Counted from the stretch's first letter, positions 40,059-55,544 are shown. The stretch is 64,000 nt of DNA from Octopus sinensis (GCF_006345805.1 NC_042998.1:44764001-44828000); one strand, 5' to 3'. Numbers and translations: made by a program. The notes: generated by a model not told the origin, from the letters alone.

Positions 40059-42568
40059 GGCGACGAGCTGGCAGAATTCTTAGCACGCCGAGCCAAATGC
40101 TTAGCGGCTCTCATCCATCTTTACTTTCTAAGTTCAAATACCGCCGAGGTCAACTTTGTCTTTCATCCTTTCAGAGACAATAGAATAAGTACTTGTTGAG
40201 CACTGGGATCGATGTAATCGAAGGGACACAAAATTTCAGGCCTTGTGCCTACAGTAGAGAGTATTATTATTATCATCATAAAGTTTTGAAGCTGTACCAT
40301 ATTTTTTAATTCTCCACGCGAAAATATACAAAATGTCTCTAGATTATAATCTTAGAACCTAATACACAATAAATACATGAATGTGAAACACTGTGATATT
40401 TTTCAAAGTGGATCAATTTCAAGGCTAATCAATTTTGCCTCAGCTTTCACTCTCATGGCTTGTTAATGAATACTGTGTTTTCCCAATTATATCTTGAGCA
40501 TTTAAACTGTGTACTCGAAATGATATTGAGCTCAAGGTTTTTTGCTAAAAGCAGCAGAACTTAATGAGGTAGGGATGCACTTCGGTGTTGAAAGATCCTC
40601 AAATGTGACCTTTAAGTGATGTTATGTTCAGTGAAAACGACGACGAAATAAAACTAAGGAGTTTTGTGCCGATACTTTATCGTCCATGAAGGTCGTGGCA
40701 TTAGACACCAACCATAAAAATAAAAATCCAAATGAAATTCTACCGAAAAGTAAGGCTGATTTTGAAAACTGAATGACATTCCAATACTAACTTCCAACTA
40801 TAAAAACAGCTTAAATGTCCCTTTTCTAGAAATGTCAATATAATAAACTTCACTTAGAAAAATCTGTGTATGAGAATTTACCATTCAAAAGTTAACACTG
40901 ACCGAATATTTTGATCTAGAAGTGCGACAGAGGATGTAATGAAACCACTTCTTGACTATGAAATGTGAATATTTAGAGATGACAAACCAGTAGATGATGC
41001 AATTATTAAGTGAGAGAAAGAAGCTGTACTCAAACACAAAAGAAAAAAATCTAACAATGGACTTCACACGTAGTCTGTCACAAGACAAAGAACGATAGTG
41101 GTTTAGTATAATGAACTAGGAAGATATCTGTACACTAGAGAGGTGGTTAACTCGGTGAATAATTGTAATTTTATTAATAAGACATCTGGGACAAATAAAT
41201 ACTTAATCAACTACCGGTAGGGATATGAAACTTTTGAAAATCGTAGTGCAGAAAATCGCATTGTTATCCATAGTTTATAAAGCAGGAAGCTGGCAGAATC
41301 GTTAACACGCTGACCAAAATGCTTTGCATAACGTTCTGAGTTCGAATTCCGCCATGGTCGAATTTACCTTTCATCCTTTCGCGGTTGATAAACTAAGAAC
41401 TAGTGAAACACTAAGTTCGATGTAATCGACTATTCGCTCCCGCAAATTCCAGGCCTTGTACCTATAGTAGAAAGGATTATTGTTCATAGTAAGGGTTTCG
41501 AGTTCAAATCCAGATTGGAATTACAAACATATTTAAGTATTGACTTCAAATTTTGGCACTGGACCAGCAGTTTTGGGGAAGGATTAAATCAATTATATCG
41601 ACCCCAGTGCTCATTTGGTACTTATTTTATCGACCCTTACAGCATTTGAACTTGTAAAGCCAGAAAACCACCGTTAAACACTTTTTCTGACTTTACGAGT
41701 TCAAATACCGTCTGTGTATATGCGTGCGTACGTGTGTGTGTGTGTAGAGAGAGAGAGAGAAGGGGACTTGGTCGTGATTGATCCTGGCTGTTGACAATTT
41801 CTTATCCGTTCATCCTCTCAGCATCTGATGATATTCACCGCTAACTGCCGAAACAATTCACATAAACCATGTTGTATCCCACGATTTCAGCATACCCAGG
41901 CTTGAATGGCTACTTAACCCATAACTGGGACCCTGACAGGTGCTACCAAGTCAAAGTAGACCTGGGAGCAATAGTGGCTAAGATGCGATTCTACAGTTCT
42001 AAAAGCTGTGGTAACCCAAATCAGGCTCTCACGACCGGATGCAGGTTAAAGTCATACCCAGAGGAAGGGGGCTCTGTCAATTATATCAATTCCAGTACTT
42101 TACTGGTACTTTTATTTTATCGACCTCGAAATGCCGATGGCTTGGTCAATTATATCAACTCCAGAACTATACTGGTACATTATTTTAATGCTGAAGGACA
42201 AAATTGACCTTCACAAAGTTGACCTCAAAATGATGAAACACAAAGTTAACCTGAACGACGTTTAGCATACATCACTCTGCTCTTAGGATACGGGCTAAAT
42301 CTTCGGTTTCAGAACAGTTTTGTCCACCTTTCCAATCCACAAGGCTTGCAAACCATGTGAAGGTTCATGGTCACTGCCTTCCCACTAGAATAAAAAAAAC
42401 GAATTTACGAAAATTACAAGCATTTTATTACTTATTGCAATTTTGGTTTATCTTTTCATTATGGATTAACGCTTTTTGGAGAAACTGAGTTAATGTGTTT
42501 TTGTTGAAATACATAGATTCATTGTAAACAGAATATATTTCCTCATAAAACTAATCTCAACATTTAGA

Positions 42569-42599
<31 letters not shown>

Positions 42600-42833
42600 T
42601 AATATGTAAATATACAGATATATGTGTGTGCGTGTGTATGTATATATAAATATATGTATATATATATATATATACGCATGTATTTATATATGTACATATG
42701 CACACATATTTATGTGTGTATATATATATATGTATATGTATGCATATGTGCATATATGTACATACATATAAATATATACATACATATACAGATACATATA
42801 TAAACACATACACACATATACACACAGACCTAC

Positions 42834-42869
<36 letters not shown>

Positions 42870-45128
42870 ACGCACGCACATATACATAGACAAAGATGTT
42901 GTTGGCTTTCCATTTAAAACGTGACGATACTGCTGCAAGGAATTTAAGGTGAAAATACGCTTCATTGGCTCCTTGCATAAAGGTAATCAGTAAATAAACT
43001 TAAATATTTTCTTAACTTTGCGAGAGAATGACTTCTGGATATTTGCTTTCACAACAAATTGACGTACTATTTTGTATAAAAATCAATCTTTCACAGCTAC
43101 TGCAAAAGTAAACCTATGGAATTTTACTTCGGAAATAAACCTTCTATACTTGAAAAAGAAACTAGTTTATGAAGAATTTTATTTTTATTTTGACCAAGTT
43201 ACCTTCCAGCTACTTCTTTTCCGTAAAACTTAAAAAGTTGCCATAGAATCATACGTGTTTTATTTTGACGTGAACCATAGAAAAAAAGCCTAGTGTTGTG
43301 AAGTAAGAATATTTGTACGTGTGTATATGTATGCGTGTGGGTACGTAGAAAGTAATAGACACATATATTATTTCATACATACATGCACACACTCATATAT
43401 GTGTGCGTGTATACATCTGTCTGTGTATAGACGAGCGCACTTACATACATATATGTATATATTTAAACTAATATTAAGTAAAAGATAGTTGAATGCATAT
43501 GTATTATATATTTTTTATTAACAAGTGGATGTGCCATGTCCACATATCAACTATTCATTTCACCATAACACAGATTTTAAGGTAATGTTGAGTAATATCT
43601 ATTGTTTACCTTTATATTTTTTTCTACTCTAGGCACAAGGCCTGAAATTTTAGGGAGGGGGCCAGTCGATTAGATCGATCTCAGTACGCAACTGGTACTT
43701 ATTTAATCGATCCCGAAAGGATGAAATGCAAAGTCGACCTCGGCGGAATTTGAACTCAGAACGTAACTGCACACGAAATAATGCTAAGCGTTTTGCCCGG
43801 CGTGCTAAAGTTTCTGCCAGCTTGCCGTCCTGTCAAGAGTAGAATATTCTTTTCATCCTTTCGGGGTCGATTAAATAAGTACCAGTTACGCACTGGGGTC
43901 GATGTAATCGACTTAATCCGTTTGTCTCTCCTTGTTTGTCCTCTCTGTGTTTAGCCCCTCGCGGGTAGTAAAGAAATAGGTATTTCGTCTGTCTTTACGT
44001 TTTGAGTTCAAATTCCACCGAGGTCGACCTTACCTTTCATCCTTTCGGGGGTCGATAAATTAAGTACCAGTTGCATACTTGAGTCGATCTAATCGACTGC
44101 TCCCACCCACCCCACTCTCCAAAAATTTCGGGCCTTGTGCTTAGCGTAGAAAAGAATATTCTACCCTTGTCCAGTGTCAGAAATCAATACGATGAAGAAA
44201 AGACAAAGGAGTTGTCTAATGAAAGTTTGAGAGAGAATAAAGAGTTGTAAAGTAGCATCTGTTAGTGAAGATATCAGAAGCAAACAGCGAAGCAGCAGCA
44301 AGTGTGAAGATACTGAAGCTACAGTTCTTAAATAACAGAAAGTTAGAAGGAAAAGACATCGCTGCAGATGGGTTGTCATTACTAATTAATGAATGATAAA
44401 TTTGAATTTCTTTTGGGTTTTTTTTACTTCTGTTTTTTTTTTTCTTTTTTTCACTGCAGCTATCGTACGTTTTACTTAGATGTTGTTTTTTTTTATAGCA
44501 AGAATCAACACTGTAAGACACGTCCCTCCAAAAGTAAGACTAACTTTTCCAAGGAAATAAATAGAAAATTGGAAAAGCACCTTGTGACCGTCTTTCGTTT
44601 TATCCGTTCGCTTATTGCTCTATTTCTGGTTCCATTAATGTAAAAGAGGAAGCAAAGATTGTTATCGGTATTGTGATAAGCAGAGGGTAAAACATCATGG
44701 TTGCGATTTTCACAGTAATACGGTAAATTTAGAAATTTATACTTCATAAACACGCGCTAAAAACGTTCTGTATACATGCATCTATGTGTGTGTGTGTGTG
44801 AGCGTGTGTATACATATACATATATATAACGTAAATAATATATATGTATATATATATATACCTTTTGGTTTATGCCTATCACTGTTTGAGTTGCATAATA
44901 GTGGTTTATCTCTAATTTATATTTTATATATATAATATATATATATATATATATGCATATATATTATATATATATGTATATGTATATATGTATATATATA
45001 TATGTATATGTATATATGTATATATATGTATGTATATGTATATATGTATGTATATATATGTATATATGTATGTATATATATGTATATATATATTATATAT
45101 ATATATATGTATATATATATATGTATAT

Positions 45129-45216
<88 letters not shown>

Positions 45217-46154
45217 TATAATATATATATATAATATATATATGCATATGTAGGCATAGGACGTCACGAAACGTGTGCAACAGAAAAATATGATGTACGA
45301 GTACATGGAATATGAACTATTTTTTCGAAGAACGAAAGACACAAATGGAAAACAAGACAAACAATATAAAGAACGACCGTTCATCAGTTGTTGGCTGTTA
45401 TTCTATTCTTGTGTTTCGAGCATTTAATAACAATATACGTTTTCCATAAACAGTTGCTCCTGCAAAGCAAATTAAATTAAAATTTGAGATTTCGCGGAGG
45501 GTCAAAATTGGTAACACAAACAGGATGGTGAAAACAAACAGGAAGGGCTGCTAAGCCTAAACGTGGTTGTAGTGGTGAACGCGTAAATCAAGCTAGGAAA
45601 GGGGACAGACAAGAACACATCTTCCTTGTTCCTGCTACAACAGACAGAAAGAACAAGTTAGAAGAATAATGAAAGATGGCCGATGGTCACGTGGGTGCCA
45701 CGTGACCAAGGGGGAGGAGTGACGGAGATAGAGTGACTGGGTAATAGGACAGAATAGTGGGAGAAGCGTATATTATTGTTAAATACTCGAAATACGAGAG
45801 TAGAAAAACAGCCTACAACTTTGTCACTAATGTTTTTTAGTATAACACCTACGCTAATTCTATAAACAAGCCTGTCAATATAAATATTCTCCTGAATTGA
45901 ACTGAGACTGCCAGCCGCCACTGACCATTCAAAATACGACCATCAGGGCACTCCCAGATTCTCCCACCCCCCTTTCCTCACCAGCCTTCTTCCTCTACTA
46001 CCCTACCAAGAACTCACAATGACCTCCAACACTCAAGTGCAAACAAGGGAGTCAGAGAAAGGCAGAATGCCACTTAAATCTGAACACTACTATAGAAATA
46101 TTCTTTTAAAAAAACTTTTCTTCTAATTTTTCTAAATTAATTATTTGATCGTTA

Positions 46155-46192
46155 CAGTTGAAAAGGTCTCAAAATGACCGAAACCGGTACTG
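46155..46192 (+). ncRNA. Minimal type I hammerhead motif, U3:A8 variant
   Basis: CAG-TTGAAAA-GGTC(TCAAAAT)GACC-GAA-ACCGGT-A-CTG; palindromic ACCGGT helix III, GUA triplet. Confidence 0.65.
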
Positions 46193-46293
46193 AAATGTTC
46201 ACTATAAAATTATTTTAGCATTTTCTATTTTTGACTTGTTTTTCATATATATCAACTCGTTTGTTCCTTTTCACCCTTATAAATATATATATA

Positions 46294-46333
<40 letters not shown>

Positions 46334-46347
46334 TATATATATTATAT

Positions 46348-46427
<80 letters not shown>

Positions 46428-46565
46428 ATGTATGTTTTTATGTATATCGGTCGTTCTTTGTGTTTTCCATTTGTTTCTCTCGTTGTTTGCGTATTGAATT
46501 CATTTGTATTCGTATTTCATGTTGTTTATTGTTGGTGACGTCCTGTACCCGTATATGCATATGCG

Positions 46566-46613
<48 letters not shown>

Positions 46614-47181
46614 CTTATCATTAAAGCTGCAAAAACATTATTAAAAAATTGCTGTAAAACTCTACAAATGATTAAATATTTTTGGCTGACGTAAACACTC
46701 AAGTTGCAGAATTTAAGAACAAGTTCATTTTAAAATATCGTCAACGAAAGGTAGCTCCAGCATGGCAGCAAGCAAATGACTGAAACAAGTAAAAGAAAGA
46801 ATAATAGAAAGAAAACGATCTCTTTCGTATGTAAATATCCAAATCGTTGTTGTATTTTGCCTTCATGGAGCAAGGTCACCTGTCAGACAATGTGTGTTCA
46901 CAACACACCAAATTCAATGGACGTCACCAACAGTAAACAACATGAAATACGAAAACAAATGAGTTCAATATGCAGACAACGATAGAAATGAATGGAAAAT
47001 ACAAAAGAGATACCACGATGTTTCGACTTGGTTGTGTTTCTTCATTCGAAGAATCCAAACAAGAATTATGGTTCTTGTTTATAGGCATCAGCTGACGAAT
47101 CGCCTGCTAATGTGTGCTGACGCCTGCCAAGCCGATAACAAATTGTCACGTGCAGAGAGAGCAGCAAAAATCAAAACAACA

Positions 47182-47245
<64 letters not shown>

Positions 47246-47259
47246 TATATATATATACT

Positions 47260-47530
47260 GTTGTGTCTGGGGAGAGTCATTTTCTTTTGTGCTTATAACT
47301 TAACATACTCACCGGTAAAATTTCCACTTATTTCTTATTGAAAAGGTTGCAAGACGCAACGAAAATTTTAGGAAAATACAAATAAGAAATAAGTGGAAAT
47401 TTTACCGGTGAGTGTGTTACATTATAAGGCACAAAAAGAAAATGACTCTCCCCAGACACAACGGAATATGCTTCAACACACGAACTCATATATAGAATCT
47501 TGCAAACCAAATCCAAAAACGAAATATATA
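47260..47530 (+). mobile_element. Fold-back repeat: inverted arm, hammerhead-like motif (47331-47375), arm, tail
   Basis: Arms 47260-47339 and 47381-47462 are reverse complements; the spacer reads TTGAAAA-G-GTTGC(AAGAC)GCAAC-GAA-AATT-T-TAG. Confidence 0.75.
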
Positions 47531-49139
47531 TATTGTCTGTGGTAAACAAGTTCTCCTACCCGAATATATTTAGCATTTAAGAGAAAAAGGGTGAATTAGA
47601 GAGATATATACATACGTACATGCATACATACATACATACATACATACATATGTATATAAATACACACACACACACACACACATACACACAGATACGTACG
47701 AGTATATGTATGCATGTACGTATATGTTGTGGGGATGAGAGCGGAATGAAAGAAACGTAGGATTCACAGCAGATAGCAAAGTCTTTCAATTCATGAAAAC
47801 AGTATTGAAATAGCATTTTCAATGGAGACACCATCTCTTATAACATCTTCAGATTTTAGCATTAAATTCAGTTTCGTTTTCACATTAGGAAACCTAACTA
47901 TACACATAGAATTATCTCCAAGTAAATCAATAGACATTATGAGCATGAATATAACACGACCGAATTCTAAGAGCAATTTTTGGTGCTACGATAGTACTAA
48001 TAAATAACTGTAATCGAATACTATACCGTTAGGATATGGTTCCATAAGGAATTATATCTCACACTTCTCTAAATTACTGTTTGTAAATTATGCATAGTTT
48101 AGTTACGTTTCCTCTATATTACAGCGTTATATAGAAGTGGAAATTAAGTGAGTAAAAATAACTAAGGCAAAATCTCATTTGCCTGAAGTTCTATCTGTAC
48201 TCTACACTAATTTGTACTTTGATTACATCGGTGAGTGAAGCATGTATCTGCGCATGTATTCGATATGAATGTATGTGTATGGCAGTGATTTTACCAGTGT
48301 GTAGAGCATATGAAGGTAAAAGAATAATTATAATTAATTTCCGTACACCTCAAATAAGAAAATGGAGTTAGGAAAGTTTGCCGAAAATTGCCGATGGGAG
48401 CTGTGACGAGAGCATTTGTGTTGTGACTGCTCCTTATTGGTTTGTGAAAACAGAGAAACAAATTATATTTACTTTTAATTCTTAGCTGAATTCTACGTTA
48501 ATAAAGGCTTTTATATATCTGGAACATCATTGATCTAAACAGGAAAGTTCCTCACGCAGATGCCGCACCTAGTCGATACTATGGAATGACAAGATTTTGT
48601 AAAACATGGTACACGTATGTAGTAAACATGAGACGAATGGCACAGCTGGTTGACGCAGGCGATTTGGCGTGGCTGATTAGACACAGAACGTGTTTTAACA
48701 ACTGTACTTCGTGGCACTGCAGGCAAACACACACACGCACGTACATGCATGCACGGTAATATACACATGCAGTCAAAGAGAGTGACAAAGAGAAGGAAGA
48801 GACTAAGAAACGGGGAAACAGAGAGAGAGAGAGAGAGGGATGCATTCACAATACATTGACCGAACACAATTGGCAATCGCTTTGCCTCTCCTCCTAAACG
48901 GAAATATCCTGACACACATGAACACAGATAGTGGTGGGACAAAGAAGGAGAGAGAGGGAAAGAGAGAGAGAAAACGAAATTTCTCCGTCTGGTGTCAAAT
49001 AAATCACCGTTGAATCCGAGACGCCAAATGAGTGAGCCAAGACTGCTGTGCTATAATGTCTCATATTCTAGCAAACATTCCTGTCAGAACACAAAGACCC
49101 ACAACAGACATCACAAGGAAGCTTGTTCGTCATTCTAGC

Positions 49140-49561
49140 AATTCCATTAGTCCATTTGCTCCGGAATGGTATATAATTTGAAATAAAACCAAGAAGAAGT
49201 TCCAGACACCCAGCTGAGTACTTGACAGACACTGACTTTGCTGACGACTGATTCTCTCTCCAATGCCCAGTCTCTTTTACAATCTCTTGAACAAGCCTCA
49301 AATTGTGTAGGTCTTTACCTTAAGGAGACCAAAACTGAATACATAAACAAGTGCCTGTCCAACAGTGATTGCATCATCCACACTCTCAACAGTGCACCTT
49401 TAAATATGGTTTCTGATTATAAATCTCTGGGTCATACATATCATCATCTGGAAAAGACTTTCTAACTAGAAAGGGTATGGCCTGGTCAGCCTGTAATGAC
49501 ATGCATAAGATCTGGTCATCAAATCTAAGTAGAGACTTCAACTTGAAATATTCAAAGCCAC
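49140..49561 (+). pseudogene. RTE-type LINE reverse transcriptase fragment, cut by the assembly gap
   Basis: KPRRSSRHPAEYLTDTDFADD...NAQSLLQSLEQASNCVGLYLKETKTEY...KDFLTRKGMAWSACNDMHKIWSS. Confidence 0.8.
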
Positions 49562-49661
49562 NNNNNNNNNNNNNNNNNNNNNNNNNNNNNNNNNNNNNNN
49601 NNNNNNNNNNNNNNNNNNNNNNNNNNNNNNNNNNNNNNNNNNNNNNNNNNNNNNNNNNNNN
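49562..49661. other. Assembly gap (100 N)
   Basis: Run of N. Confidence 1.
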
Positions 49662-49839
49662 TGTGTGTGTTTGTTTGTGTTTGCGGCGTGTGTGTGTGTG
49701 TAGCGATAATAATAACTAATATCTTTGCTTGAAAATGATAAACATTTAATGCATCGCTACGCGCGTTTCCACAAGTCACATAACGGAATAGGAGCTTTAT
49801 TTGCATATTCAAAACGCTTCCCGCAAACAATTTTAAAAG

Positions 49840-49897
<58 letters not shown>

Positions 49898-51009
49898 AAG
49901 ATACATAGAAAAGTTTCGGCCAGAAGTGAACAAGGCCATGGCGGACTATATATCATGATGATGTTTTATAGTGCAATCATTCTTTGGACACCATAGTCTA
50001 TTCGAGTAAAAACTCATTGTTTTCAGAGATATAATATACAGTTGTAGGTGGTTTATCTGAAATTTGTTGGAGAAATTCGGCCATGAACTGTATCAATCTT
50101 AAGGGGGGGGTTCCCCTTATATGTTTTGCCATGATGTTAAGAATAGTAGGGCCAGTTGAAGTGAAATAGTTCTGTCTTAGTGTTGTGATGTATGTCTGTA
50201 CTTATGGATGGATGATTGGATCTCATTATTCGATTTATTTCGAGATTTCTTGCCCATATGTAGAGTTGGTTTCTAACGTATGCCCAAGGCCCCTTCATTG
50301 GAATTTCAACATCAACATGGTAATTTTGCATGTATTTGTGTATACGTGCAGCGCTTGGAGTAACGTTATGGGCAAATTAGAATATTTTTTGTGTAAGTAT
50401 TCTCATGCATATAGCTGCATGTATAAACATGTGCATATATACATTTTCTTCCTCCGTCTTCCCTTCTATTGGACTTTCCTCTGTTTCCGAAGCGGAGCGT
50501 CTGCTCGAAACATTAAAAGATATTTCTTTCCTTCCCTGAGCATCTGCTAATACTTTACATGTACCACGTCCTAACGTTGTTGCTTTTTGTGTTTGTTCTT
50601 TTTTGGATTTATTATATATATATATATTATATATATATATATATAATATATATATATATAGATATATATATATATATTTATTATCATAATATATAGTATA
50701 TATATATGGATGTAATTATGTATACGTACATACATACTTATACTATATGCATACATATATGTAATCGGCACGTGCGAATTGGTGGCGTACTGGTTATAGA
50801 AAATATAAATAGAGCCTATAAACCCGATAGGTTTATACACTCAATTATATTACACTATTAGGCTTATAATTCTATTAATATATACATACATATATATATA
50901 TATATATAATATATATTATATATATATATAATATATATATATATATGTATGTATGTATCTCTATTTATATCTTTTATATACATGTGTGTATATATATATA
51001 TATAACCTT

Positions 51010-51048
<39 letters not shown>

Positions 51049-51051
51049 GGT

Positions 51052-51094
<43 letters not shown>

Positions 51095-51923
51095 TGTGTT
51101 GTGTGTGCGTGTGTATGTATGTAATGTATTTTCGTCCTTTCGGTGTCGATAAATAAGTACCAGTCACGCACTGGTGTCGATGTATTCGACTTAATCCCTA
51201 TGTCTGTCCTTGATTATCCGCTCCATGTTTAACCTCCTGTGGGCAATAAAGATATATATATTAACAATAAAGATATATATATATATACACACACACATTG
51301 ATATATATTCTCACGTACACAGAAGGGAAGAGGGAGAAAGAGGTAGTTAGAGATATTAAAGAGTGGGGTTTTTGTTTTAGCCAACTGAGATATTTAATTT
51401 ATTCGGTGAGAGTGCACAACGACGCAACTGGCAGTAGGAGCTATGAATTTATATCGGTGAGAATGAAACTAACGGGAAGAACTCTCCTCATACATATCAT
51501 GAACAGAAAATACGGAATATTTAACACAGAAATTTCAAAAACACTTTTGAGCTAATGTTAAGCAACAGCATAAGTGTGCGTGTGTGTGAGAGAGAGAGAG
51601 AAATGGAGAAAAAAAAGATAGAAGGAACAGTCACATACGCACGCACACACATACACACCCTCTCTCTCTCCTTCCCTCTCTGTCTTTCTATCTATCTCTC
51701 ACACACATGCACGTACAAACACGCCGCGACTGAAGTGTTGTAGATTGTTATTCATATACTACACATTTCCTGTTATGTTTATAAACATATCCTCTTAAAT
51801 GAAAGCCATTAAAAGAACCAGTTTATTTTTTTATATATATATTTAATAAACGCAAGCACACTCATACACACTTACAAATAAACACATATACGCATACACT
51901 CACACATACATATAAACATGGAT

Positions 51924-51973
<50 letters not shown>

Positions 51974-52360
51974 GTGTGTAAATATGTTTAAGTATGAATA
52001 TATATATTCATTTATTCTTTTACAAATCAGTCATTTGATTGCGGCCGAACTGGAGCACCGCCTTCAAGTTTTTTTTTTTTTAGTCGAGCAAATCGATCCC
52101 AGGACTTATTCTTCGTAAGCCTAGTACTTAGTCGATCAGTGTCTTTTGCCGAACCGCTAAGTTACAGTGACATAAACACCAGCATTGGTTATCAAGCGGT
52201 GATGGAGGGACAAACACAATCACAAAGACACCACTCATAGATATATAAATATATATACATACACATATATATATATAGATGTGTGTGTGTGTGTGTATGT
52301 ATGTACGTATATATATATATACATATGTATATATACATATATATACATATATATATATAC

Positions 52361-52433
<73 letters not shown>

Positions 52434-53338
52434 CTATATATATATATATATATATACACACGACGGGCTTCTTTCAGTTTCTGCCAACAAAATCCACTCA
52501 CGAGGCTTTGATTGGCCCCAGGCTATAATAGAAGACACTTGCCCACGGTGTCACGCAGTGGAACTGAACCCGGAACCGTGTGGTTATGAAGCAAGCTTCT
52601 TACCACACAGATACGCCTGCGCCCCACACAACCACATCGAGAGTAAAATACATCCTATTTATTATTTGTTTCATGCTAGGGCACTGACTTGAAGGATTTA
52701 GTCGAGAAGAAATAGACCTCAGTACTTATATTTTTATTATGTCTGATGTTTATTCTCTCAGTCTTTGTTGCCGAAGCGCATGTTACGGGGACGTAAACAA
52801 ACCAACCACCGTTATCAAGCGTTAGTGCGCTACAAGCACTAACACACACTCTTAGATGTACATATATACATACGTGCGCGTACACACACATATATATACA
52901 CAGAAAACTTCTTTCAGTTTCCGTATACCAAAAACACTTACAAGACTTTGACCAACACCGGGCTATAGCAGGAGACACATGCCCAAGGTGCCACGCATTG
53001 GGATTGAACCCGCGGAAGCTTACTTTGTGATGGCTTTAGAACGAAGGCTTTTCCATAAAACAGAAATGATAGGCATATATTTAGTTGAAGTTTAAAACCT
53101 ATCAATTTAAGATAACAATAAGCGGTCGATCATAGTAAGCGGCTGCCTGTGTAAACACCTACAGATGTGTGTGTACATGCGTAAACGTATACACACACGT
53201 ACATACAAGCGTCCAGAGGTACATGTATTAATGCCCAATATACATATATACAGATAGATATAGTCATTGAGAGGGTTAAGAAGTTACAGACGTGTGCAAA
53301 TGTGTGTACATACGTGCGTGTATAGATAGATAGATAGG

Positions 53339-53398
<60 letters not shown>

Positions 53399-54300
53399 AT
53401 AGATAGATAGATACAGATAATTGGAGAGAGAGAGAGAGAGAGAGTGATAATTTTTGTTAGAGCCGAAAAAAATCTTCATGAAATGTTTGTGAAGAATTTT
53501 CGGCTTTAATAAAAAGCATATTACTCTACCTTTAACATTCTAGTACTATTTTTATCACCTTCTTTTCCATCTATACTTTTGTGTATATATACATACATAC
53601 AGACAGACAGGCACAGAGACATACATACTTATAAATATATACATGCTTATGTGATTATATAAATATGTTATATATGTGACGAATTTCATAGTAATATCTA
53701 TTTTGGGAATAGTGTATATATTGTTGCTCATATCATTTTAAAGAGAAAGAAACTGTGCGAAAAACTCTAAAAAAACAATGTTTAAAGCGGGAATGTGAAA
53801 CACTAAGAACTGATTGTGTAATATTTGGAGATGTGGATTGGTAAGATCGTTAAAAATACGGACGAAAAATGTCGTTTTTATTTTTCCCGTTATTTAAGGT
53901 CTGCGTTCAAATCCTACGGAAATCGATTTTGCTTTTCATTCTTCTAGAGTTAATGAGTAGCAATGACATATGAGTACCTGGAGTCTATGATCGGCTCTTC
54001 TTTCTCTCGAAATATATGGCCTTGAGACTGTTTACGAAAGGCGGTGCTCCAGCATGGCAGCAGTCAAATGACTGAAACAAATAAAAGAATTAAAGAATAT
54101 ATATATGCATGTATGAATGTATGTATGTGCATATATATATATTTATATGAGAACATTTTGATTTTAAGACGCATATTCTCTAAATGACATTAATACAGTT
54201 TCTATGTGTCTCTCTCTTTTTCTCTCCCTCTCTCTCCCTCTCTCACTCTCTCTATGTATATATATATATATATATATATATAAGAATATATATATATTCT

Positions 54301-54339
<39 letters not shown>

Positions 54340-54630
54340 AGGCGCAATGGCTTAGTGGTTAGGGCAGCGGAGTCGCGGTTGTAGGATCGCGGTTTCGATT
54401 CCCAGACCGGGCGTTGCGAGTGTTTATTGAGCGAAAACACCTAAAGCTCCACGAAGCTCCGGCAGGGGATGGTGGCGATCCCTGCTGTACTCTTTCGTCA
54501 CAACTTTCTCTCATTCTTTCTTCTGTTGGCCTGCTCACTTAGCCAGCGGGGTGGCATCATTTGAATGCGAAGCGCATTGTGACCAGCGATGTGTAGCAAC
54601 ATCTGATAACCTGGTCAGTCACGGTGATAT

Positions 54631-54676
<46 letters not shown>

Positions 54677-55350
54677 GAATTTATTAGATTCCAATTTCTG
54701 CATATTAAATCAAATTGCTTATAAAAGAATGAGCACCTAGAGAGAAACATAGAGACCAACAACCTTTACGCCTACCCTCATCCTTTTATGAATGTCAAAG
54801 CTCAGATAAACAGTTTCTATACTAATAAGACCATGACATGTCCGTCTATTAACCCTCACCTTCCAAATTAAAACAGGAAATACTCTAAATAACAAGAACA
54901 AGTAAAGAAACTGACCAGCTAAAACATACCACCTACTTACATTCTTTTGTGAACCCCTAAAACTTTAATTAGCAAAATGTTGACATATCCAATTACTGAG
55001 TTTTTTAATTAATTCTGGGCTAAACTTTGAACCTTTGAGCTTTATATTATCTAAGATATCCTATACTTACGTACCAAAAGGGACACACCTAAATATTTAC
55101 ACCTGCTTACAAAGTGCTACATATTTAATAAATTCTAAACAATAACTCCAAATATAATCAATAAAATTTCTTAAAACCCGCTCTCCATAACAACCCACCC
55201 TAAAACCTACTTAACATTCCACTCAAACCTGAAGAAGATTGTTTAACTTAAAAGAGAATATATAAATGCAAGATTAACTTAATGCATCCCAATTTTACTG
55301 GCCGAAATTTCGAAGTCAGTAACAATCAGTAATGAAAGAGGATAGATAAC

Positions 55351-55440
<90 letters not shown>

Positions 55441-55544
55441 CACACTTGGTTTATCTCATATGTTTTTTATTTACATTGAAAACTCGATTGTTATCGAATC
55501 TGCTCAGTTTTGGCTAATGATGTTTCGTATTTTCTTATTAAACA

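Noticed and set aside
38515-41640. Regularly recurring similar sequences separated by variable DNA (CRISPR-like look)
   Set aside because: These are 200-bp SINE copies in both orientations with microsatellites in a eukaryotic context; no fixed repeat-spacer period and no cas genes.
47791-48007. Overlapping 61-aa ORFs on both strands
   Set aside because: Length is expected by chance; no motif or clear splice signals.
54660-55300. C/A-rich block resembling a PLE 3' region with CTGAAGAAG at about 55228
   Set aside because: No readable GIY-YIG motif and no GAAA/helix II partner for a hammerhead.
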